The notes under the pieces were generated by a model, which saw nothing but the letters and a program-made list of their open reading frames with translations, ran no database searches and had not been told where the DNA came from. A stretch of DNA of 64,000 bases, from positions 1 to 64,000 of the IMG/VR virus record IMGVR_UViG_3300032829_000004. One strand, 5' to 3'. This DNA is from a virus. The translations under genes and the position numbers were made by a program. This document shows, one piece after another, positions 29,135 through 38,141 of this stretch. Position 1 is the first letter of the stretch. Every line of letters begins with the position of its first letter.

Positions 29135-30834
29135 ACGCCGCCCTTTACTCGATCCGGCCCGGCAACGGCCACAAGCCGGGCGGCATCGCGTTCCACGCGA
29201 ACCGGCCGCTGCTCGTCGAGGGGCTGACGGACTCGTCGTTCACGCAGCCGTCATCGTCAGCCGGGACGTTCAAGTCCGTCGCGGGAACAGCCGACTGGAA
29301 GAACTACTTCGACTCCTCCGTCCTGTTCGGGGGCGGCGCCGACGCGCCGTGGAACACCGCCACCGGCACGTTCACCGCGCAGGTGTTCGCGTCTGACGGC
29401 AGCACCTCCGACGTTCCCGGCGGCTACTACCTCACCTGGGGCAACGCGGCGTGGACGGCGACGAAGAACCCCGGGGCGTCCGGCGCGGGAATCCTCGAAG
29501 CGGGCAGCGTCACCGCAGGCGGCGCCCAGTTCTCCGGCACCGCCCGGCCGAACTGCGCCTACGTTCTCGACGCCGTCCAGCTGCCGAACCCCTCGACGGC
29601 GAACCTGATGGGCTACTGCTCGGACTCCTCCGGCTCGTCGTTCACGTACACGTCCAAGTCTGCCGACTACTCCGGCGCCTGCACCCGCTTCTACACGGCA
29701 TGGGCCGGGATCTCGTCGGATTACGCCACCCTCGGGTCCGTCCCCGCCCCGGCCGCGTGGGCGAACGGGGGGACGGTCACGTCGGCGCTCCTCAACGGCG
29801 CCGGGGTCAACGAGCCGCTCACCCTGCTGAACGCGCCGCCGCTGCTGCGCGCCGGGTCGCTGCTGGCCACGTCCGTGTCCTCCGGCACGGTCACCACCGT
29901 GCCCATCGGCACCCCGCAGATCGACACCTACTCCGCGTACACGGTCAGCACGCGCACGTGGACCGTCCCGCTGACAGGCGTCTACCTGGTGCACGGCATC
30001 GTCTACTACGCCTCCGGGTCGACGGGCCAGATGTACGCGGGCATCGAGGTCAACGGGTCGCTTATCCTCTACGGCCCCGCATACCAGTCGGCGGGGAGCG
30101 GGAACACCGCCTGCCAGGTGACCCGGCTGCTGGACCTCGAAGCAGGCGACGCGGTGAAGCTCGTCACCTTCTCCAGTGCGTCCAACACGCTCGGCTCCTC
30201 CTACCAGTGCCGTCTCGTCACCCTGTGGATGTCCTCTCTCGCCCCTTCCGACGGGGCCTGGTCGTGGACCCCGCCGTCCACGGGGTTCCGCTGGGAGGCG
30301 GGGTCCTCCGGCACCGCGCTCACCGCCCAGTTCGCCGCCCACCTGACGAACGACCTGTCGTTCCTCCTCCAGCGCCCCTACCTGCTCGCCTGGCAGGGCA
30401 CAGCGCAGACCGGCCTGTCCCAGAACGCGTTCCACACGGTCACCATGGACACCGTGGCGGGCAGGGTCCACGCCTCCGCCGGGGACCCCTACGGGGGCTG
30501 GCACACCGGGTCGGGCGGCTACTGGGAGGCCCCCGTGAACGGCTGGTACCTCGTCCAGGCCGGGTTCTTCCAGGGCGCCCCGTCGTCCACGCCCGCGTCG
30601 CTGACCGCCGCCATCTTGCAGAACCCGCCCGGGACGGCGACACCCGACCAGTTCCAGCAGGCGACCACGGTGTCGGCGACGCTCGCCCCCGGCGCCGAGG
30701 CCGTCGGCGCCTACTACCTGCGCGCCGGCGACACCGTCCAGCCCCAGTACCAGCAGCAGGACGGCGGGACCTTTTCCACCTTCACCGGGGCGGGACGCGA
30801 GTCCTACTTCGGCGTCATGTGGCTCAGCAATTAA
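29080..30834 (+). CDS. Minor tail/fiber protein with repeated C1q-like beta-sandwich modules
   Basis: TVPLTGVYLV...LLDLEAGDAV and APVNGWYLV...YLRAGDTV. Confidence 0.65.
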   Translation: MPVQPGSWSTGPVTAKALNAALYSIRPGNGHKPGGIAFHANRPLLVEGLTDSSFTQPSSSAGTFKSVAGTADWKNYFDSSVLFGGGADAPWNTATGTFTAQVFASDGSTSDVPGGYYLTWGNAAWTATKNPGASGAGILEAGSVTAGGAQFSGTARPNCAYVLDAVQLPNPSTANLMGYCSDSSGSSFTYTSKSADYSGACTRFYTAWAGISSDYATLGSVPAPAAWANGGTVTSALLNGAGVNEPLTLLNAPPLLRAGSLLATSVSSGTVTTVPIGTPQIDTYSAYTVSTRTWTVPLTGVYLVHGIVYYASGSTGQMYAGIEVNGSLILYGPAYQSAGSGNTACQVTRLLDLEAGDAVKLVTFSSASNTLGSSYQCRLVTLWMSSLAPSDGAWSWTPPSTGFRWEAGSSGTALTAQFAAHLTNDLSFLLQRPYLLAWQGTAQTGLSQNAFHTVTMDTVAGRVHASAGDPYGGWHTGSGGYWEAPVNGWYLVQAGFFQGAPSSTPASLTAAILQNPPGTATPDQFQQATTVSATLAPGAEAVGAYYLRAGDTVQPQYQQQDGGTFSTFTGAGRESYFGVMWLSN

Positions 30835-30862
30835 CGGCCAACGACCACTTCCGGAGTCGCGA

Positions 30863-32002
30863 TTGAAAATCGGCTGGGGTCCTTCGAACGCCCCGTGGGC
30901 CGCGTCCGGGTACGGAACGCAAACCGCCCTGTTCGCCTCCCGTTTCCGCGACCTCGGCCACGAGGTCGTCATCTACGCCAACTTCGGGCTGACCGGGGCG
31001 GGCAGCACCTGGAACGGCATCCCCGTGCTGCCCGCCGCGTTCGACGGCACCGGCTGCGACATCCTCGGCGCGCACGTGCAGTCCACCCGGCCGGACCTGG
31101 TCGTCATCCTGGCTGACGCGTGGCCGCTGAACCCGCAGGTGCTCGCGGGGCTGCCGTGCCCTGCCGCGGTGTGGATGCCGGTCGACTCCGACGTTCTCGG
31201 CGCGGCCGACGAGCGGATGCTCCGCGCGTCGGGGACTGTCCCCGTCGCGATGTCCCGGCACGGGGAACGGCAGCTGAAGGCGGCCGGGTTCTCGCCTCTT
31301 TACGTGCCGCACGGCGTCGACGTCCAGACGTTCCGCCCCCCTGCCGACAGGGACGCGCTGCGCGAGCAGTGGGGCGTCGCCGGCCGTTTCGTGGTCGGGA
31401 TCAACGGGGCGAACAAGGACGGCATCCGCAAGGGGTACGCCGAGCAGTTCCTCGCGTTCTCCCGGTTCCGCGCCCGGCATCCCGAGGCGCTGCTGCTCGT
31501 GCACGCGCTCCCGCAGATGCCCGGCTGCCAGCTTGACCTCGAGGCGCTGGCCCGCAAGACGGGCATCGCGGACGCGGTGCTGTTCTCCGACCGGTACAAG
31601 TACGTGACCGGCCTCCTGTCGCCCCGGGACCTGGCCGACTGGTACGGGGTGCTGGACGTCCTGTCGGCATGCTCGTACGCGGAGGGCTTCGGCATCCCGA
31701 TCATCGAGGCGCAGGCCTGCGGGACGCCCGTGGTCACCACGGGCGCATCCGCGATGACCGAGCTGCGCGGCCCCGGCTGGCTCGTGGCCGGCGAGCCGTA
31801 CTGGAACCCCGTCCACGAGGCGTGGTGGACCCGGCCGTCAGTGAAGGCGATCGAACGGGCCTACGAGAAGGCGTTCCGGGCTGCGGGGCAGAAGAGGCAG
31901 GCCGCACGGGAGTTCGCGATGGGCTACGATGCGGACCTTGTGCTGGTAGACCACTGGAAGCCTTCACTTGACGCCCTCATGGAGCGGGCGGCGGCGGCAT
32001 GA
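30863..32002 (+). CDS. GT-B glycosyltransferase (GT4-like)
   Basis: SGYG, VPHGVD, EGFGIPIIEAQACGTPV (EX7E). Confidence 0.9.
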   Translation: MKIGWGPSNAPWAASGYGTQTALFASRFRDLGHEVVIYANFGLTGAGSTWNGIPVLPAAFDGTGCDILGAHVQSTRPDLVVILADAWPLNPQVLAGLPCPAAVWMPVDSDVLGAADERMLRASGTVPVAMSRHGERQLKAAGFSPLYVPHGVDVQTFRPPADRDALREQWGVAGRFVVGINGANKDGIRKGYAEQFLAFSRFRARHPEALLLVHALPQMPGCQLDLEALARKTGIADAVLFSDRYKYVTGLLSPRDLADWYGVLDVLSACSYAEGFGIPIIEAQACGTPVVTTGASAMTELRGPGWLVAGEPYWNPVHEAWWTRPSVKAIERAYEKAFRAAGQKRQAAREFAMGYDADLVLVDHWKPSLDALMERAAAA

Positions 32003-32889
32003 GGTGCCTTGTCACCGGCTCGGCCGGCTTCGTCGGGAAGCACCTGACGGCGGCCCTCGAGGCCGGCCGCCACACGGTCACGGGGTTCGACCTCCGCTAC
32101 GGGGACGACATCCGCGACTACGAGCAGGTCCGCACGGCTGTCGAAGCGTGCGAACCGGACCGGGTCTTCCACCTTGCCGCCGCCGCATGGCCGGGGGAGT
32201 CCCTCGCAGACCCTCAGCGGCACCTGGACGTCAACGCCACGGGCACGCTGAACTTGCTCCGCGCCGTCCGCGCGGCCGGATCCGACGCGCGGGTCCTGCT
32301 GGCGGGCACGTCCGAGGAGTACGGGTACGAAGGCCACGACGGCTTCGTCATCACGGAGGACTCCCCGTGCCGGCCGACCACGCCGTACGGGGCATCCAAG
32401 CTGGCAGCGTCCACGATGGGCATGGTGTACGCGCGCCGGTTCGGGCTGCACGTCACCGTCACCCGGGCGTGGAACCACACCGGGCCGGGACGGCAGGCGG
32501 TCAACGCCGAGTCGGCGTTCGCCCGCCGGATCGTCGCCGTCGAACGCGGCGAGGCGGACAGCATCCCGCACGGCGACCTGTCGTCGCTGCGGAACTTCAC
32601 CGACGTCCGCGATGTCATCGCCGCTTACCGGATCGCGATCGAGCAGCCCCCCGGCATTTACAACGTCGCCTCGGAGAGCACCCTGAGCCTCCGCGACGTG
32701 ATGAACCTGCTCCTGTCCATGTCCCGGGTGCCGGCCGCGCCGCTGAAAGAGGCGGCCGGGCTCGGCCGCGCCGACCGGGGCACTTTCCCCGGCGTGTCAG
32801 CGGAAAAGCTCCGCACGGCCGGATGGGCGCCGGAGATCCCGCTCGCCGGGACCTTCGCCGATCTCCTCGACTACTGGAGAAGCCGTTGA
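31999..32889 (+). CDS. Extended SDR NDP-sugar dehydratase/reductase (GMD/RMD-like)
   Basis: GSAGFVG, TSEEYG, YGASK, NHTGPG, RNFTDVRD. Confidence 0.88.
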   Translation: MRCLVTGSAGFVGKHLTAALEAGRHTVTGFDLRYGDDIRDYEQVRTAVEACEPDRVFHLAAAAWPGESLADPQRHLDVNATGTLNLLRAVRAAGSDARVLLAGTSEEYGYEGHDGFVITEDSPCRPTTPYGASKLAASTMGMVYARRFGLHVTVTRAWNHTGPGRQAVNAESAFARRIVAVERGEADSIPHGDLSSLRNFTDVRDVIAAYRIAIEQPPGIYNVASESTLSLRDVMNLLLSMSRVPAAPLKEAAGLGRADRGTFPGVSAEKLRTAGWAPEIPLAGTFADLLDYWRSR

Positions 32890-34073
32890 ACTGCCGTAGC
32901 TGCGGCACGGAAACCAGCCAGGTCCTCGACCTCGGGGACCATTACCTGCCGGACTTCACCGACCTGGGCACGCCGCCCGGCCCGAAGTACCCGCTGCGCC
33001 TGGAGTTCTGCCCCGGCTGCACTCTCCTCCAGCTGGACGAGACGACACCCCGCGGCGCCCTCTACCACGAGCGGTACGGGTTCAAGTCCGGGGTGAACGA
33101 GGCGATCCGCGCCGACCTCGCGGACGTGGTGAAGTACGCGCTCGCCGCGAAGCCGGGCGCGGGGTCGTGGCTGGACATCGCCTGCAACGACGGCACGCTC
33201 CTGTCGCGGGTGCCCCGCGGCATTTACCGGGCCGGGATCGACCCGCTGGAGCAGTTCGCCGCCGAGGCCGCCGGCCACGCCGACCGGGTCGTATCCGACT
33301 ACTTCGCCGCGCGTCACTTCGGCGTGCCGTTCGACGTGATCACGTCGGTGAGCATGTTCTACGACCTGGATGACCCGGGCGCGTTCGCCGGGGAGGCGGC
33401 GTCAGTCCTCGCGCCGTACGGCGTGTGGGTCATCCAGCAGAACTACGCCGCCGCGATGCTCGAGCGGAACGCGGTCGACAACATCTGCCATGAGCACGTC
33501 ACCTACTTCTCGGTCACGTCACTGAAGCCGCTGCTCGAACGGCAGGGGCTTGAAATCTGCGACGTCGCCTACTCGGACGTGAACGGGGGCTGCTTCCGGA
33601 CGCTGGCCGCCCATGCTGGCACGCGGCCCGTCATGCCGTCAGTCCAGGAGGCGCTCGACGCCGAGCAGGCCGCGGGCCTCGGCGACGCGGCCACTTACAC
33701 CCGGTGGGCGGATGACGTGCGGGCCGAGCTTGCGAAGACCCGTGAGCTGCTCGACCAGGCGAAGGCCGAAGGGAAGCGCGTCCTGGTCTACGGGGCCAGC
33801 ACCCGGGGCGGCACCATCCTGCAGATGATCGGCGCCGGGCCGGAACTGCTGCCCGCCGCGGTGGAGCGGAACCCGGCCAAGGTCGGCAAGGTCATGGCCG
33901 CGACGGGAATACCGGTCATCTCCGAAGAGGAGATGCGGGCCGGCCCGCCCGAGTACCTGCTTGTCAGCCCTTGGTTCTTCCGCGACGTTTTCACTGCCCG
34001 CGAAGCGGAGTACCTGAAAGGGGGCGGCAGGATGGTGTTCCCGCTGCCGCGTTTCGAGGTCGTCGGCGGATGA
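32886..34073 (+). CDS. NDP-hexose C-methyltransferase-like SAM methyltransferase
   Basis: CRSC..VLDLG, CPGCTLLQL, LDIACNDG, ICHEHVTYFS, YGASTRG. Confidence 0.88.
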   Translation: MNCRSCGTETSQVLDLGDHYLPDFTDLGTPPGPKYPLRLEFCPGCTLLQLDETTPRGALYHERYGFKSGVNEAIRADLADVVKYALAAKPGAGSWLDIACNDGTLLSRVPRGIYRAGIDPLEQFAAEAAGHADRVVSDYFAARHFGVPFDVITSVSMFYDLDDPGAFAGEAASVLAPYGVWVIQQNYAAAMLERNAVDNICHEHVTYFSVTSLKPLLERQGLEICDVAYSDVNGGCFRTLAAHAGTRPVMPSVQEALDAEQAAGLGDAATYTRWADDVRAELAKTRELLDQAKAEGKRVLVYGASTRGGTILQMIGAGPELLPAAVERNPAKVGKVMAATGIPVISEEEMRAGPPEYLLVSPWFFRDVFTAREAEYLKGGGRMVFPLPRFEVVGG

Positions 34074-34768
34074 TCTCGGTCCTGTGCCCGTCACGGGGAC
34101 GCCCGGAATCCCTCAGCGGCTCGATCGGTTCCCTGCTCAGCCTTGCCTCTGACATGACCGGGGTTGAGATCCTGGTCGCCGCCGACCCGGACGACCATGC
34201 CACCGCGGGCGCGGTGCCCGCGGTTGCCGCCTGCTGGACCGCCCCGGAACGTTACGGGTACGCGCAGCTCCACCGCTACTACAACCACCTGGCAGCGCTT
34301 GCCCGGGGCGAGTGGCTGCTGCTGTGGAACGACGACGCCCGGATGCTCACCAGGGACTGGGACAAGGTCATCGAGGGCCAGGAGCCGGGCGTCCTGTGGC
34401 CAGGGTCCAACCAGGGCCCGTACTTCTTCCCCGCGTGGCCGAAGGCGTGGTCGGACGCGTGGGGCCACGTGTCGCTGTCCCCGAACGTGGACGTGTGGCT
34501 GTCCGAGGTCGGCTCCCGGCTAGGCCTCGCCCGTCCGGTCCCGGTCGAGATCGTGCACGACCGGAAGGACATCACCGGCGGCCATGACGACCTGACGTAC
34601 GCTGAAGGGCGCGCGGTCATGGGCGCCTACTCCAACCATCCCGACTACGATTCGGCGGCCAACCGGGAAGCCAGGATCAGGGACGCTATCGCGGTGCGGC
34701 GCCTCCTGGAGGGGGTGTCCTCAGCCTCAGCTACAGCGCCTCGAACCGTTCCAGCCGTACCGGGGTAG
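34070..34768 (+). CDS. GT-A glycosyltransferase (GT2-like)
   Basis: ISVLCPSRGRP, WNDD DxD-like motif; ATGA coupling. Confidence 0.8.
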   Translation: MISVLCPSRGRPESLSGSIGSLLSLASDMTGVEILVAADPDDHATAGAVPAVAACWTAPERYGYAQLHRYYNHLAALARGEWLLLWNDDARMLTRDWDKVIEGQEPGVLWPGSNQGPYFFPAWPKAWSDAWGHVSLSPNVDVWLSEVGSRLGLARPVPVEIVHDRKDITGGHDDLTYAEGRAVMGAYSNHPDYDSAANREARIRDAIAVRRLLEGVSSASATAPRTVPAVPG

Positions 34769-35045
34769 AGCACTTCCCGCACAGGAGCGGCTCCATCGCA
34801 TGCCAGGTCCGCCAGAACGGATGGCTGGCGAACGTGATCGCCTGCCTGTGCATGTTGCACACCGGCCACGGCTCGGCGGACCCGCAGGTGCCAGTGTTCT
34901 CCTCGTGGTCGAACAAGGCGAGCCACTTCGCCGTATCCGCGCACGGCGGGTCGGCCATCGAGAAGAAGCACGGAACATGGCCCTCGAACATGGCCAGGGC
35001 CGCTGTGCGGGATTCGACGGTGCTGCCGGCCGCGGCGGAAGTCAT
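34731..35045 (-). CDS. Antisense Cys/His-rich hypothetical protein
   Basis: C..C, VCNMH, CGKC. Confidence 0.5.
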   Translation of the reverse strand: MTSAAAGSTVESRTAALAMFEGHVPCFFSMADPPCADTAKWLALFDHEENTGTCGSAEPWPVCNMHRQAITFASHPFWRTWHAMEPLLCGKCSTPVRLERFEAL

Positions 35046-35223
35046 GACCGGAATCTACCGGCCGCCGCCAGTCCTGGCGTCCCGGGACCGGGGAGGCCCG
35101 CAGCGGGGACCTCTTGCGGTCTTTGCCCCGCCATGCCGCCGTGAAGCCGGACCGCGTCAGCGGCGGGGCGGGCCTCTCCTTTCTTCTCCCGTCACTTCCG
35201 GTCCCCGCCGGCCAGTCCGTGAT

Positions 35224-35616
35224 CTAGCCGGCAGCCGGGGAGCAGTACGAGCGGAGTGCCGCGGCATCAGCCGTCCACTGGCCCACCGCCGCAGTCATCC
35301 CGGTGCCCGTGGCGAATGCGAACCCGATGTTGAGCGCGTCGGCCGCGAGACTGTCGGCGAGCATTCCGGCGGTCGTTCCTTTCCGGCCGCCGAGCGCGAC
35401 CGAGTCATCAGCGGTCTGCGTTTCCGTCGCGGGGGCTTCCGCGGGGAGCGCGGCCAGCGCGGAAGCACAGCCGGGCGGCATCGCCGCTGCCGTGGCTTTC
35501 GCCGTGACGGCGGCTTTCGCCGTGACGGTGACTGCCGACACCGGCGTGCCGGGCGAGCAGGCGGCAAGCAGGACGGTGAGCGTGAGCAGGGGGACAGCAC
35601 GGCGTGCACCCATCAT
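35224..35616 (-). CDS. Putative lipoprotein
   Basis: Signal peptide ending LLAA|C; T/A-rich linker; Cys pair. Confidence 0.55.
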   Translation of the reverse strand: MMGARRAVPLLTLTVLLAACSPGTPVSAVTVTAKAAVTAKATAAAMPPGCASALAALPAEAPATETQTADDSVALGGRKGTTAGMLADSLAADALNIGFAFATGTGMTAAVGQWTADAAALRSYCSPAAG

Positions 35617-35768
35617 GAGGGCAGCGTCCTTCCTAGGGGTGACCTGGGTTGCCGGCGGCTGCGGCCTGCGCGCGGCGTGTGACAAGGCGTGACGCTACCA
35701 GTTGACCGGGGCGGACACAGGAAGCCGCGCTTCCCCTTCACTCATCCGAATACAGCCCGGAGGCAGCC

Positions 35769-36128
35769 TTGGCCGACACTGACCCAGCCGTCTCGTATGC
35801 CGTCCGGGACCTGATAGCGGAGCTCCGCAACGACCTGCGGGGCGACATCGCCGCACTGCGCGCCGAGATCGCAGCCCAGCGGCAGCACCTGGAAGACAGG
35901 TTCGACCGGATAGACGCCAAGCTCGACGGGAAAGCCGACCGGGCAGCGGTCGACGCCCTGGCCGTGCGGGTCACGACGCTCGAAGAAGACAGGCGGGTCC
36001 GCGAGGAACGGGACCGTGTTGAACGCGAGCACCATCAGGCCGGGGTCGACTGGCACCGGTGGATCTGGCCCACCCTCGCGGCCATCGCGGTCGTCATCGT
36101 CGGGATTCTCCAGATAGTGCTGAAATAG
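35769..36128 (+). CDS. Coiled-coil protein with C-terminal TM helix (lysis-region membrane protein)
   Basis: RBS GGAGG; heptads; WIWPTLAAIAVVIVGILQIVLK. Confidence 0.65.
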   Translation: MADTDPAVSYAVRDLIAELRNDLRGDIAALRAEIAAQRQHLEDRFDRIDAKLDGKADRAAVDALAVRVTTLEEDRRVREERDRVEREHHQAGVDWHRWIWPTLAAIAVVIVGILQIVLK

Positions 36129-36131
36129 GGG

Positions 36132-37313
36132 GTGCCGGTGACCGTTCCCGCGCACGTGCAAGCGGAGTCGCATCACTACGTGATGCACTTCCCGCCCCAC
36201 CCGGCCAGGGCCGACGACCCGCATTACGCCGACTTCGACCACTACCACCGCAAGACGCGGGCGACCGCACGGTGTTACATCGGTGAGCGGATCGGGTTCG
36301 GCGACTGCAAAGACGCGCAGTGCAAGCCGTGCCCGCCTCCTGAAGACGGCGGCGAGCAGCCGGGGCTCGAGCTGCACCATGCCCACGTCGAGTTCAGCCT
36401 CCAGAACGGCGTCGACCTTGCCGCACTCGAGAAGGACTACCCCGGCATCTCCGACCCGTCTCAGGTCGGGGCATGGGTCGAGTCGGAGGCGAACTTCCGG
36501 TGGCTCTGCGTCGCCGAGGGATCGCCCGTGCTGATGGCGGACGGCACGACGCGCCCGATCGAGTATGTGCTACCCGGCGAGCAGGTCATCGGCAGAGACG
36601 GACTGCCTCACCTTGTCGAAGTAACCAGCCGGAAGAGGTATCGCGGCGAGCTCGTATCGTTCGGCTGCGCGTCGTTCACGCCTGAGCACCGCATTCTTAG
36701 TCATCGAGGCTGGCTCTCTGCGGCCCATGTTTTCCGCCAGGTCTGGATGCATGGCCCGGACGTGATCGCGCTGCGATGCGAACAGAACCAGATTCGCTCT
36801 GGCGTTGTCGGCGCGGTTCCCGTTGAGGTGGTGAACGCGCTCTCGCGGCAGCAGCGGGCGCCCTATCCAGTCTTCCATGACCACGACGTGCTCCATGCGA
36901 TGCCGGCTGCCGTCCCAGATGCGGATGTAGCCCTTCGCGGTGACCCAGGCCGTCCGGTTGCCGACGTTCCACTTCGGGAGCTTGTTCAGCTCCGTGAGGC
37001 GGCACTCGTTGGTGCAGTAGCGCCCGACGTTCGGGCGGGAGCGCCAGTGCGCCGGTCGGTGGAAGGTCTTCCCGCAGGAGGCGCAAGCCCAGAGATGGGA
37101 TGGGTCACAGCGATGCCCAGCCGGACGGCCGCTTTTACCGGATGGGTTCACGACCTAAGTGTAGCGCATAGCCACTCTTTTGTTGTGGGCGGCATCGCGG
37201 CTCATAACTGTGCCTGGCATCACAGGGGGGCGGCCGGGGCGCATACGGCGTCGCATTCCGATTGGGAGGCGAGCCAGTACGTGCAGGGTCTGATTTCGCA
37301 GGCGGCGAAGTGA
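36132..37313 (+). CDS. HNH-like (DUF6424-like) protein interrupted by an intein
   Basis: Extein LELHH...NFRWL|CAWHHRG; intein between. Confidence 0.8.
   Translation: MPVTVPAHVQAESHHYVMHFPPHPARADDPHYADFDHYHRKTRATARCYIGERIGFGDCKDAQCKPCPPPEDGGEQPGLELHHAHVEFSLQNGVDLAALEKDYPGISDPSQVGAWVESEANFRWLCVAEGSPVLMADGTTRPIEYVLPGEQVIGRDGLPHLVEVTSRKRYRGELVSFGCASFTPEHRILSHRGWLSAAHVFRQVWMHGPDVIALRCEQNQIRSGVVGAVPVEVVNALSRQQRAPYPVFHDHDVLHAMPAAVPDADVALRGDPGRPVADVPLRELVQLREAALVGAVAPDVRAGAPVRRSVEGLPAGGASPEMGWVTAMPSRTAAFTGWVHDLSVAHSHSFVVGGIAAHNCAWHHRGAAGAHTASHSDWEASQYVQGLISQAAK
36507..37208 (+). mobile_element. Intein, 234 aa
   Basis: Block A CVAEGSPVLMADGTTRPIE, block B FTPEHRI, block F VHDLSV..SHSFVVGG, block G AHN followed by +1 Cys. 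Confidence 0.9.
36570..37151 (-). CDS. HNH homing endonuclease encoded antisense inside the intein
   Basis: Zn finger CASCGKTF...YCTNEC; GYIRI, EHVVVME..IGRPL...ERVHHLNGNRADNARANL. Confidence 0.85.
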   Translation of the reverse strand: MNPSGKSGRPAGHRCDPSHLWACASCGKTFHRPAHWRSRPNVGRYCTNECRLTELNKLPKWNVGNRTAWVTAKGYIRIWDGSRHRMEHVVVMEDWIGRPLLPRERVHHLNGNRADNARANLVLFASQRDHVRAMHPDLAENMGRREPASMTKNAVLRRERRAAERYELAAIPLPAGYFDKVRQSVSADDLLAG

Positions 37314-38068
37314 CCGGCATCCCCGTCCAGGGCCTGTCGCCGGCAAAGGCTGGAACGGGCGTGACCAGGTCGATTGTCGTTCACCAGGTCCGCGTCGCGG
37401 ATGAGGGCCGCTGGCAGTGGCGGGGTTCCCGCCTGACCTGGCAGCCTCCGCACCGGTACGGGTTCGAGGCGGAGTTCGACCCGTTCCCCGCCTACCCCCA
37501 CGATCCTGACGCGGCCCGCAAGGCGGCCGATCATGTCGCCGCGTGCTGCCCTCCGCTGTGGGACGTGAACCTGTACCTCGCCGACCGCGAGGAGACGTCC
37601 CGGTCCAACGGCCACTCCAACGTCCACGAAGGCGGCCGGTACGAAGGCTCCGAATGGGTGCAGGACGAGCCGTCCGGGATGATCCTGCTGTCCGCCAAAC
37701 GGATACCGCCGCACCCTGCGATGACCCGCCACCTGGTGGCCCACGAGTACGGGCACAACGTCGAGTACATGCTGAACTCGCTGCGCGGCGGCAGGCACGT
37801 GGCATCATGCGACGACCTCGAACGCGAGTACGCGGAAATGCGCGGCCTCCCGCCGTCGTCGGTCCACCACGGGGAAGGCGCGACCTGGCACGACTCCGCC
37901 TGCGAGATCATGGCGTGCGACTTCCGGATCGTCGTCTGCGGCACCGAGGCGGAGTTCTGGCCCCACCCCGGCATCCCACGGCCGGAAGAAGTACCCGCCG
38001 TACGGCAGTGGTGGGTCGGCGCGACGGGACAGCTGGCGGATGGCCTGGCCGCGAAGCAGGCGGCATGA
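37310..38068 (+). CDS. Zincin-like metalloprotein
   Basis: LVAHEYGH (HExxH) and downstream EIMA.DF; GTGA coupling. Confidence 0.6.
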   Translation: MTGIPVQGLSPAKAGTGVTRSIVVHQVRVADEGRWQWRGSRLTWQPPHRYGFEAEFDPFPAYPHDPDAARKAADHVAACCPPLWDVNLYLADREETSRSNGHSNVHEGGRYEGSEWVQDEPSGMILLSAKRIPPHPAMTRHLVAHEYGHNVEYMLNSLRGGRHVASCDDLEREYAEMRGLPPSSVHHGEGATWHDSACEIMACDFRIVVCGTEAEFWPHPGIPRPEEVPAVRQWWVGATGQLADGLAAKQAA

Positions 38069-38141
38069 CCTCCAAGGCCCGTGCTGGGGCGCTGGTCTTC
38101 CCGGGCGGCGGGGACGGGACTCCCGAATGGCAGGCGGCTTC

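Noticed and set aside
1758-34468. Many long - strand ORFs opposite structural genes (e.g. 9449..11830, 12376..14343, 29257..30972)
   Set aside because: High-GC antisense shadow frames without motifs. The intein-internal HNH differs because it has a full family signature.
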